Of a stretch of DNA of 64,000 nt, positions 48,205-56,071 are shown one piece after another (within the stretch, counting starts at the first letter, position 1; each line of letters opens with the position of its first letter). Both the position numbers and the translations under genes were made by a program. Under the pieces are notes generated by a model, which worked only from the letters and a program-made list of their open reading frames with translations, had not been told where the DNA came from and did no database searches. Where the stretch lies: positions 3,797 through 67,796 of the IMG/VR virus record IMGVR_UViG_3300026552_000002, one strand, 5' to 3'. The stretch comes from a virus.

Positions 48205-48588
48205 GTGGACGGGGAACCCTCGATCCAGGTTTGGAAACACCCCGAGATGGACATCCTGCGTGTCCAACTCGACGGAGACGAGATCCGCGAGGTGAATTTC
48301 GCGCGGTTCGAATATGGCGACCCTGTGAACGACGTCCCGGACGACTGGATGCTGCTCGCTCCGGTCGCCACATCCCGCGAAAACACCGAGAACGAGAATG
48401 GGGACGAACCCCAACATGGGGCACGCGCGGCCTGCCGAGTGTGCGATCTGGACATCGAATTTGGGTACGGAGAGTGGATCGACCGCGGGGGTAACAAGCG
48501 ATGCGCGACCGGCGGGGGTGCCAAGTACGACGTGGACGGCAACCCCATCCCTCTGCCCGACACACCGCATGTCCCACTCAAGGACTGA
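48205..48588 (+). CDS. cassette ORF, acidic hypothetical with CRVC motif
   Basis: GTG at end of half repeat; stop in next repeat. Confidence 0.72.
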   Translation: MDGEPSIQVWKHPEMDILRVQLDGDEIREVNFARFEYGDPVNDVPDDWMLLAPVATSRENTENENGDEPQHGARAACRVCDLDIEFGYGEWIDRGGNKRCATGGGAKYDVDGNPIPLPDTPHVPLKD

Positions 48589-48671
48589 CCGCCAGCGTGG
48601 CGGATGGGGTACCAGCTCCGTCCACCGCGCCGGCCGCCAGGCCGATTCCACCCGAGAGAAAGACAACGATC

Positions 48672-49778
48672 ATGACTACAACCGAACCGCGTGCGCCGTC
48701 GGACATCGCGACGGCACTCGGTGACCTGTTCGCTGAGCAGGGTGTTCGGGCGCGCGTCGTGGGTGCGAACACGGGTGCGGCCATCAGCCGGTACAACATC
48801 GCGTTGTCGCCGGGTGAGCGGCCGGAGAGCGTGCTCAAGCTGCTGCTAACCATCCAGTACACGCTGGGCACGCCCCAGGTCCGGATTCAGGTGCCGGTGC
48901 CGGGTCATCCGCTGATGGGGATCGAGGTGCCGAACGCCGAGCGGGTGACCGTGAAGCTCACGGACATTGACATGCGGGGCCAGCCGCGGCTGAGTGTGCC
49001 GTTGGGGCCGAACATCGATGGTGGTCCGCAGGTGGCCAACCTGGCGGACATGCCGCACCTGTTTCTAGCGGGTCAGACCGGCAGCGGTAAGAGCAACTGG
49101 TTGACGGCGGCGCTGTGCACGCTGTTCATGCGCAACCTGCCGGAAGACCTGCGGGCGCTGTTGATCGACCCGAAGATGGTGGAGTTCACGCCGTACCGAG
49201 GGCTGCCCCATCTGCTGCGTCCGCCGGTAACCGACCCGAACGAGGCGGTGCGGGCGCTGAAGCAGCTCTGTGAGGAGATGGATCGTCGCTACGAACGCAT
49301 GTGCGCCGCTGGCGTGCGTGACCTCGACTCCTACAACGCTCTGCCGGGTGTGGCGAGGATGGCGCGTATCGCGGCGGTGGTGGACGAGATCGCCGATCTG
49401 ATGGCCGTCGCCGGTAAGGCCGTGACGAACTACGTGCAGCGTGCCGGACAGAAGGCGCGAGCCAGCGGTATCCACCTGGTGCTGGCCACGCAGCACCCGT
49501 CGCGGAAGATCCTGCCGGGCGAGATCAAGACAAATGTGCCGGCGAGGTTGGCGTTCGCGTTGCCCCAGGCGGTGGATTCCCGGATGGCTCTCGACCGTCC
49601 CGGGGCGGAAAGTCTGCTCGGTGCGGGTGATGGGTTGTACTGCGCACCGAACGGCTCAATGGTGCGGTTCCAGGCACCGTACGTGACGGATGCCGAGCGG
49701 GATTACTTCATCGAGCGCGTACTGAAGCGGGATGCCCCGCAGGTCGCTCAGCGGCCACCATTGCGCGTGGTCAGTTAG
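48672..49778 (+). CDS. FtsK/SpoIIIE motor (alpha+beta) lacking TM and gamma domains
   Basis: GIEVPN, MPHLFLAGQTGSGKS, LIDPKMVE, VVDEIADLM, ARASGIHLVLATQ and GAESLLGAGD. Confidence 0.93.
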   Translation: MTTTEPRAPSDIATALGDLFAEQGVRARVVGANTGAAISRYNIALSPGERPESVLKLLLTIQYTLGTPQVRIQVPVPGHPLMGIEVPNAERVTVKLTDIDMRGQPRLSVPLGPNIDGGPQVANLADMPHLFLAGQTGSGKSNWLTAALCTLFMRNLPEDLRALLIDPKMVEFTPYRGLPHLLRPPVTDPNEAVRALKQLCEEMDRRYERMCAAGVRDLDSYNALPGVARMARIAAVVDEIADLMAVAGKAVTNYVQRAGQKARASGIHLVLATQHPSRKILPGEIKTNVPARLAFALPQAVDSRMALDRPGAESLLGAGDGLYCAPNGSMVRFQAPYVTDAERDYFIERVLKRDAPQVAQRPPLRVVS

Positions 49779-49791
49779 GGAAGGGGGAGCC

Positions 49792-50034
49792 ATGGAGATC
49801 AGCAAGGAGGAGTTGGGGCAGCTCATCGTCGGCTATGCCGAGATCGGTGACATGTACGAAGAGCTGCTGGGCAAGCGAGTCACGCTGTCGCTCATCCGGC
49901 GCTTGATGAATCATCCCCGAGCTCCCGGACGCATTCCGGGCCTGGCCACGGCGGTGTTCCTCCGCAGCGAGGCACGAGAATGGATTCTCACCGACCGGCC
50001 GGCAGGCAAGCACCTGGGACCGCGCAAGGGGTAG
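49792..50034 (+). CDS. small winged-helix/excisionase-like DNA-binding protein
   Basis: IVGYAEI..LIRRL..VFLRSEAREW pattern; GGGGAG RBS. Confidence 0.5.
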   Translation: MEISKEELGQLIVGYAEIGDMYEELLGKRVTLSLIRRLMNHPRAPGRIPGLATAVFLRSEAREWILTDRPAGKHLGPRKG

Positions 50035-50149
50035 TCGAATGGCCCCGGAGCGGGCGGAGCGTGCCTCGGATGTATCGCTCGACGCCTGCTCTACGGGGCC
50101 ACTCGTCCCACCATGGACAACCTGAGCGTGACAGTCGTGTTCGCGCTGC

Positions 50150-51004
50150 TCAAGGGACTTTCGAGGGATGACCTCGACGTTGGGTGCGGGTGGGCTCTTG
50201 AGCGTGTTGGATCGCTCGGTTGAGCACGTCTCCGACGCGGTAGCGAGGCGTACGGCGTGGATCGCGGGGGTGGGGTTCGTAGGTGGCCAGTCGATCGCGA
50301 GCGGCCCACTGGCGGATGGTGGCGGGTTTGACGGGTAGACCCAGCGCGGTGAGTCCACGGCCGATGGCGGTCGCGGTGGCCAGTTCGTCGGCGAGAACGT
50401 CGCGGAGCTGTGCCTGGCGGGCGGCGACGTCGATGTCCTGCCCGCAGGTGCAGCGGAGCTGGGCGCGGCCGGCGCGGGCGTACAGGACGGTGTCGCAGCC
50501 GGGGCAGCGGCCGAGGCAGATGGTGTCCTCGGGGAGGTCGATGGCGGCCCAGACGCGGCCGACCACGGACAGGATGCTGGTGTGCATGTCGCCGGCGGCG
50601 GGGTGGGCGGCGAGCAGGGTGGGGTAGCGACTCATCCACGCGGCGGCGCCGGCGACCGTGCGCCAGGCGGGGCGTAGGTGGGTGTTCACGCGGGCGAGTT
50701 CGCCTGCCCAGAGCGCGACGGTGCTGGCCATGACGGTCCAGGTTTCGGCCGCGCGGGGGTCGTGCGGCAGGGGTTGGGCGTGCCCGGAGCCGAACAGTTT
50801 GATCTTTTCGTACGCTCCGACGGGGCTGGGTCGCCGGGTCATGGTCAGCGCGAGGTCGGCGGCGAGACCGTGTTCGCGCCGGCCGTCCACGTCGGTGACC
50901 GCGAGCGAGCGCAGTGCGGCTACCAGCTCGTCGCGTGAGCCGCCGCAGAGCATGGTCTCGGTGGGTCGGTCGCAGTCGGCGGCGGCGCAGACCTGGTGGG
51001 TCAT
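50150..51004 (-). CDS. Zn-ribbon + C-terminal HTH phage protein (possible late regulator)
   Basis: LGRCPGC..CTCG and ATIRQWAARDRL..PRYRVGDV; GGGAGA RBS before ATG 51004. Confidence 0.7.
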   Translation of the reverse strand: MTHQVCAAADCDRPTETMLCGGSRDELVAALRSLAVTDVDGRREHGLAADLALTMTRRPSPVGAYEKIKLFGSGHAQPLPHDPRAAETWTVMASTVALWAGELARVNTHLRPAWRTVAGAAAWMSRYPTLLAAHPAAGDMHTSILSVVGRVWAAIDLPEDTICLGRCPGCDTVLYARAGRAQLRCTCGQDIDVAARQAQLRDVLADELATATAIGRGLTALGLPVKPATIRQWAARDRLATYEPHPRDPRRTPRYRVGDVLNRAIQHAQEPTRTQRRGHPSKVP

Positions 51005-51015
51005 GGGCTCTCCCC

Positions 51016-54000
51016 TCAACTCGTGTAGCAGTCGGCCCAGTTGCGACCGGAGCCGGAGACGTCGGCGTGCACGGTGATCGGACGGCTGGCGCCGGGTGGG
51101 GCCCACTGGAAGGTCATGGCCTTGAGCACTTCGGCGGCGACCTCGTCCACGTCGTTCTCGGGGACTTCCAGCACGACCTCGTCGTGGACCTGAATGCGGA
51201 TCATGCGTGCGATGTCGTCGGGCAGCCGCAGTAGGCATTCCATCATCAGATCGCGGGCGGTGCCCTGGCCCATCAGCGCGGGTGCCTGGGTGTGGGCGCG
51301 GGCGGGGTTGCAGCGCATGAGCCGGCCGAAACCGTTGTCGAGCACACCGTGGCTGCGGGCCAGGTCGCGGACGTGCTCGCGCCAGGCGACTAGGCCGGGG
51401 AAGCGTTCGCGCATGGTGTGGTCGAACTCGGCGGCCACGTGCTCGGGTACGCCGGCGTTGCGAGCGAGTCCGTCCAGACCCATGCCGTAGTTCCAGCCGT
51501 GTCCGATGGCTTTGGCGTCCTGCCGGCGGCTGGCATCACCCCAGACCATGCGCGCGACCTCGGTGTGGGAGTCCACGCCGGGTTCGAACAGGCTCAGATA
51601 GGCCGGGTCCTGGCAGTGGGCGGCAACCGCGCGAGCGTCGATCTGGGACAGGTCGGCGGCGAGCAGGAGGTTGCCGTCGTCGGCGCGGAAGACGGCACGC
51701 TCGGCCACGCGACCGCCGCGCTTCCCGAACACGGTCAGTCCGGGCTTGGTCACCGACCACCGGCCGGATGCCTGGTACATGGTGATCTGGGGGTGCACGC
51801 GACCGTCGGCGTGGGTGTGTTCCAGGGCGGTGGCGTACACGGTGCGGGCGCCGGCCATGTCGGCGACCGCGTCGCAGAGCTCGGCCACCTCGCCGCCGTA
51901 TTTGCGGGCCAGCTCGCGCATCCCGTCGCCACCGAAGCTGTAGGCGCCCTTGTCGGTGCGGGGCAGGTCGGCGTCGTCCACGCCGAGGTCGGCGAAGGCG
52001 GCCACGAGTGCAGCTTTGCCTTCCTTGGTGGCGTGGGCGGACTCGACGGGTTTGCCAGCGGCGTTGACCGTGGGCAGGCCGTAGCGCTGGGCGAGCCGGC
52101 GGGTGAGGTCGGCCTTGCGGTTGCGGGTGCGCCAGTAGCGGTCCTGCAGCAGGGGCATGTCCACGGCCAGACCGGCATCGGACATGATCGCGGCGATGGC
52201 GGCCACACGGTGTTCGCGCCAGACGTAGTCGCGCAGGTGTGGGGCTTGGGCGTCGGCGAGTGCCCGGGTGGCGTCCACGTCGCCGCGCAGGTAGGCGCGG
52301 TACCGGGGGTCGTCGACCGGGATGGCGTCATAGCCGCCGTGGTGTTTGGCGAGTTCGTCGAGTCGGTCCGTCTTGCCGGGTAGTCCGCGGCGCTCGGCGA
52401 TGGCGTTCAGGCGGTAGCGCGCGGCGGCGCGGGCCACGGCGTTCGGCCGTTCGTCGACCTCCGGTGGATCGAGTACGGCTTCGGTGACCATGGTGTCCAG
52501 AACGCGCCGACAGCGGGTCAGTTCCAACAGGTCGATCGAGCCGGGTGCGACGGCGTCCAGCACGGGCAGGTCGAAGCTGATCAGGTTGTGTCCAACCAGC
52601 AGCTCGGCGTTGCCGGCGGCGTGGGCCACGGCGGGGATGTCGGTGGTGTCGTAGTACGTGCCGTCCGCGTTGAGACCAGCCAGGCGGACGAACGCCCGGG
52701 GGTCGGTGTCGTAGCGATCCTTCTTGGCATCGCCGGTTTCCAGGTCCAGCACAATCGCTACCGGCGCGCGAGGTGGCGCGGTATCCAGCACGGCACTGTC
52801 GACTTCCAGCGCCTGGGCCTTGATCATTTCTCGTCGGGGAGCATCCGGCTCTGATGACTCTGTGTGACCATTGGAGTTGATCAGTTGTTGATCATGGGTT
52901 CCAGAGGTTCCAAAGTTCGCCGTTCCCCATAGGGAAAAGCCCTGTTGATCTCGTGATGCAAAATCTGTGGGGAACGACAACTTTGGAACCTCTGGAACTT
53001 CGCAGGTCAACAGATCAACTTTAGTTCTCGCTGAACCGACCATCTCCCGGTTATCCACAACCTGTGGATAACTCCCCTCGTCATGATCATCTCGGAAGCG
53101 CAGCCCCATCCAGGCCCAATAAGCGGATGGAATGTCACTCGTGGTGACTGCTCCCGGCCGAGCGGGACGCTGCGACAACCCCTCCTGTCGCTTGATCTTG
53201 CGGCGTTTGACTCCGCGTCCGGTGATCTCCGAGTGGCCCTCCAGTCGACTGGTCAGCAACTGCTTGGACCAGGGCCGGTGTCCCTGTCCGGTGAGGTACT
53301 CGTTGATGTCGTCGAGCAGCTCGGACGACATGACGTGCCGGTTCGCGTCGAAGATCATCCGCTCGTCGAGCCAACCCCAGATCAGGTCCGCACCGGCCCG
53401 CCACTCCCGGGTGTCGGCCAGCACACGCTCGGGATGGGTGGGCATGACCTTGCCGGCCGCGTACCACTTCCGGGCACCGTCGACCAACCACGCCAACACG
53501 GCTTCGTGCTGGCCGGTCTCGCCAAGCCGGATGCGCTCCCGCAGGCCCGGATCGCCACGGCGGTCGTGCTCGCGCACCAGCTCGGCCTCCCGCCCGCGGA
53601 ACCGATAGGGAAACCGCAGCGCGGCCAGTCGGCGCCAGGTGCCGTGGTCGACCTCCTGGACCACGGGCAGGTAGTTCGTCGACAAGAACAGCGAGTGCGT
53701 CGCGGCGAAGGTGATCGGATCGCGGCGCATCCGCCGGGCGGTGATGGTGGGCGTGCCGATCAGGGCCTTGAGCTTGACCACCTCCAGCCGCCGCGCCTCC
53801 GGAGTTTCCTCCAGCAGCGCCAGCCGCGCCCCGTGGAAATCCATCAACTCGGTAGGTACCGAGTCCGACGACGCCAGCAGCGCGCGGTGCGAGACATCCA
53901 GGAAGAACCCGCCCAGTGCGCCCCGCAGACCCGTCATGACCGTAGTTTTGCCGTTCTCACCCCCGCCGACCTGGACCAACAACGTGTCGTCCGGGGTCAT

Positions 54001-55446
54001 GTGGCCGGTGGCGGCCTGTCCCATCCGCACCTGGTACCACTCGTGGACGTCGTCGGGCACCGCGGCCAGCGCCGCGTCCCAGTCCGCGTGGGCGGCACCG
54101 GGGACGTAGTCGCATCCGGCGATCTTGGTCATCAACAACTCGGGGTCGTGCGGCGACAGTTCGCCGGTGCGCAGGTCGACCACGCCGTTTCTGACATTGA
54201 GCAGGTCCGGGTGGGCATCGAAGTCCTCGGCCCGTGCACGGACCCCGTCCATGCCCTGGCACAGCTCGATGAGGTTGCCGAGCTTGGTTTTGTTGCCCAG
54301 GGCGCTGACCTTCTTGACCAGGTCCGCGTCCCCGCCGGCGGCGACAACGCTGCCGTGCAGCCAGATCACGTACTGGCGGACGTCGTCCACGACCACCGAA
54401 CGGTCCACGGTCTTCCAGCGCGCCCCGTCCCAGGCCATCCATCCCAGTCCCGACGACCAGCGAAACCGCCCGGCCAGACGCTGCACATGGATACGCTCGA
54501 CGAACCAGCCCTCCAGCAGACCGAGGCTGTTCAGCGCCGGCGGACGCTCAGCCACGGAGTCGGTGGCCTCTTCCATCCGCGTGACCGCACCGTCGGCATA
54601 GCGCTCCCACACCGAGTTGATCGCCGCCAGGTACTCCTCCCGGCTGAAGGCGTGCCCGGCCTGGTCCTGGTCGATCACGGGCCACACGACCGCGTCCATG
54701 TAGGCAATCGCGTCGTCCAGGCGCCAGCCACCCCGGCCCCGCAACGCGGCGGCCAGTTTCATCACGCCGTCGTTACGCCCGCCGGCCAAGGTCGCGGCGA
54801 CATCCGCCCACGGGCCGGTACGCATGAACTCCTCAATGGAGGCCACGGCCTCGCCCCGTGCCTCGCCGCCGGGCACCACACCCTCGCCGCGGGCCGCACG
54901 CACCAACGCCGCCAGCCCCGCGCCGGAGTCGTCCGTGGGCCCCTCGCGACGGAGCCGGTCGACATCCGGCACCTTGCCCCACACATACCGGCGTGGATGA
55001 CCGTCCACCTTGGACATTCGCACCGTCGGCGGGAGGAACGCGAAGCCCCGGCCTTTGCCGTCCGCGTCCCCGCTCTTGACGTCAATCCCCGCCTTCACGT
55101 TGTTCTTCGACCTCACCCCGATCGAGGCGATGAAGGAGTGCACCCCGCCCGAGGGGGTGGCCGCCGCCGCATACGACCGGGGCAGTTCACAGTCCAACTG
55201 CGACAGATCGCCGCCGTTGCGCGGGTCGATGTCGATCAGATCGAGTCCGTGCCCCATCACCGCGCACAGCGCCATGCCCGGCTGCCAGGCATCGACGACG
55301 GAGGGGTCAGCCGTCGTCTCCTGCCAGTGGTGCGGCAGGGCGAACCCGGTCTGGGCGGTCTCGTCCGGCGCCGCCAGAAACAGCGGAACGCCGGCACGGG
55401 CCAGCTCGCGGGCCACGTCCAGAGCATCAGTCACGGCATCGGTCAC
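51016..55446 (-). CDS. fused prim-pol / D5-type SF3 helicase / 3'-5' exonuclease / family A DNA polymerase
   Basis: IDIDPRNGG and TPSGGVH (prim-pol); LNVRNGVVDL and GGGENGKTT (D5/SF3); LDLET and GHNLISFD (exo); DLSQID, KAIGHGWNYG and VHDEV (PolA); one open frame. Confidence 0.92.
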   Translation of the reverse strand: MTDAVTDALDVARELARAGVPLFLAAPDETAQTGFALPHHWQETTADPSVVDAWQPGMALCAVMGHGLDLIDIDPRNGGDLSQLDCELPRSYAAAATPSGGVHSFIASIGVRSKNNVKAGIDVKSGDADGKGRGFAFLPPTVRMSKVDGHPRRYVWGKVPDVDRLRREGPTDDSGAGLAALVRAARGEGVVPGGEARGEAVASIEEFMRTGPWADVAATLAGGRNDGVMKLAAALRGRGGWRLDDAIAYMDAVVWPVIDQDQAGHAFSREEYLAAINSVWERYADGAVTRMEEATDSVAERPPALNSLGLLEGWFVERIHVQRLAGRFRWSSGLGWMAWDGARWKTVDRSVVVDDVRQYVIWLHGSVVAAGGDADLVKKVSALGNKTKLGNLIELCQGMDGVRARAEDFDAHPDLLNVRNGVVDLRTGELSPHDPELLMTKIAGCDYVPGAAHADWDAALAAVPDDVHEWYQVRMGQAATGHMTPDDTLLVQVGGGENGKTTVMTGLRGALGGFFLDVSHRALLASSDSVPTELMDFHGARLALLEETPEARRLEVVKLKALIGTPTITARRMRRDPITFAATHSLFLSTNYLPVVQEVDHGTWRRLAALRFPYRFRGREAELVREHDRRGDPGLRERIRLGETGQHEAVLAWLVDGARKWYAAGKVMPTHPERVLADTREWRAGADLIWGWLDERMIFDANRHVMSSELLDDINEYLTGQGHRPWSKQLLTSRLEGHSEITGRGVKRRKIKRQEGLSQRPARPGAVTTSDIPSAYWAWMGLRFRDDHDEGSYPQVVDNREMVGSARTKVDLLTCEVPEVPKLSFPTDFASRDQQGFSLWGTANFGTSGTHDQQLINSNGHTESSEPDAPRREMIKAQALEVDSAVLDTAPPRAPVAIVLDLETGDAKKDRYDTDPRAFVRLAGLNADGTYYDTTDIPAVAHAAGNAELLVGHNLISFDLPVLDAVAPGSIDLLELTRCRRVLDTMVTEAVLDPPEVDERPNAVARAAARYRLNAIAERRGLPGKTDRLDELAKHHGGYDAIPVDDPRYRAYLRGDVDATRALADAQAPHLRDYVWREHRVAAIAAIMSDAGLAVDMPLLQDRYWRTRNRKADLTRRLAQRYGLPTVNAAGKPVESAHATKEGKAALVAAFADLGVDDADLPRTDKGAYSFGGDGMRELARKYGGEVAELCDAVADMAGARTVYATALEHTHADGRVHPQITMYQASGRWSVTKPGLTVFGKRGGRVAERAVFRADDGNLLLAADLSQIDARAVAAHCQDPAYLSLFEPGVDSHTEVARMVWGDASRRQDAKAIGHGWNYGMGLDGLARNAGVPEHVAAEFDHTMRERFPGLVAWREHVRDLARSHGVLDNGFGRLMRCNPARAHTQAPALMGQGTARDLMMECLLRLPDDIARMIRIQVHDEVVLEVPENDVDEVAAEVLKAMTFQWAPPGASRPITVHADVSGSGRNWADCYTS
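52877..53072. promoter_or_regulatory. putative replication origin in replicase linker
   Basis: Perfect 20-bp inverted repeat 52898-52917/52979-52998; TTATCCACA (53051) and TGTGGATAA (53063); locally AT-richer. Confidence 0.7.
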
Positions 55447-55964
55447 AAAGCCCTCTCCCTCTGCCCACGGGCGTGTTTGCTCAACGGGTCCGGCAGGCCG
55501 GCGTCGTGCACCGCGGTGTAAAGCGCGTGGCGGGTGGCGTCCCCGGCGTGCCGGCCGACCTTCAGCGCGTGGTCCAGCAGCCCGGCGGCCTTCAGGCGCT
55601 CGTTGTTCGCCCAGCGCTTGACCGTGGACGCCGACCGGCAGGCCCAGCCCACGCGCTCGTCGTTCTCCGGGCTGCGCTGGACGTAGAACAGCTCGGCGAT
55701 GAGCGCGCGGGTGACCCGACCTGCTGCGGGCGTGCGCGAGCGCGCGGCGCGGGGCCCGTTCACCCACCGCTCGACCGCCAGGATCGCCGGCAGCGGCGCC
55801 CACGCATCAAGCCACATGCCCACCACTTCCCGCGCCGTCTCGGGTCCACACTGGACGGGCCGCATGTGTATCTCGCCGAGCGGCGTCGTGCCGAGGTGCG
55901 AAAGGGCGCACAGGCCGACGGTCTCGCCGGGGTCGACGCCGATGACCAGAAGCGGTTGGCTCAT
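55443..55964 (-). CDS. RuvC-like Holliday junction resolvase
   Basis: VIGVDPGETVG, AVERW and RHAGDATRHA. Confidence 0.75.
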   Translation of the reverse strand: MSQPLLVIGVDPGETVGLCALSHLGTTPLGEIHMRPVQCGPETAREVVGMWLDAWAPLPAILAVERWVNGPRAARSRTPAAGRVTRALIAELFYVQRSPENDERVGWACRSASTVKRWANNERLKAAGLLDHALKVGRHAGDATRHALYTAVHDAGLPDPLSKHARGQRERAL

Positions 55965-56071
55965 CGCGACGACCTCCGGCGGATGTAGAAGCGATCCAGC
56001 GCCCAACCGATGGCCATGCCGAGTCCGGTCGTGCCCAGCATGGTCACCAGCAGCACGACGAGTTCAGTCAT
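55961..56071 (-). CDS. 36-aa membrane peptide
   Basis: ATGA-coupled on both sides; single TM. Confidence 0.55.
   Translation of the reverse strand: MTELVVLLVTMLGTTGLGMAIGWALDRFYIRRRSSR

Larger units (their letters stand above)
42648..48674 (+). repeat. dispersed ~80-nt intergenic repeat family (14 full + 2 half copies) delimiting single-gene cassettes
   Basis: TGACC-hairpin-(T/C)GGCCGCCAGGCC-xATTCCACCCGAGAG-purines-GATC-ATG. Full copies at 42648, 42919, 43444, 43839, 44297, 44956, 45390, 45880, 46321, 46744, 46996, 47556, 47892 and 48586; half copies near 47981 and 48181. Confidence 0.97.

Noticed and set aside
42648-48674. CRISPR array
   Set aside because: Repeats are ~80 nt, the intervening sequences are whole genes of 170-580 bp, and there is no cas operon; the Cas4-like nuclease at 58.8 kb sits in an ordinary phage recombination context
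42648-48674. Classical integron with attC sites
   Set aside because: No IntI or tyrosine recombinase in the window, and no RYYYAAC/GTTRRRY boxes recognised at repeat ends
42648-48674. Simple intrinsic terminators or a known ribozyme
   Set aside because: No U-tract after the hairpins, and no hammerhead core (CUGAnGA/GAAA) recognised; other ribozyme classes cannot be excluded by eye
52800-53100. Intein in the replicase linker
   Set aside because: No terminal His-Asn-Cys/Ser/Thr splice motif or LAGLIDADG block seen; composition is better explained by an origin
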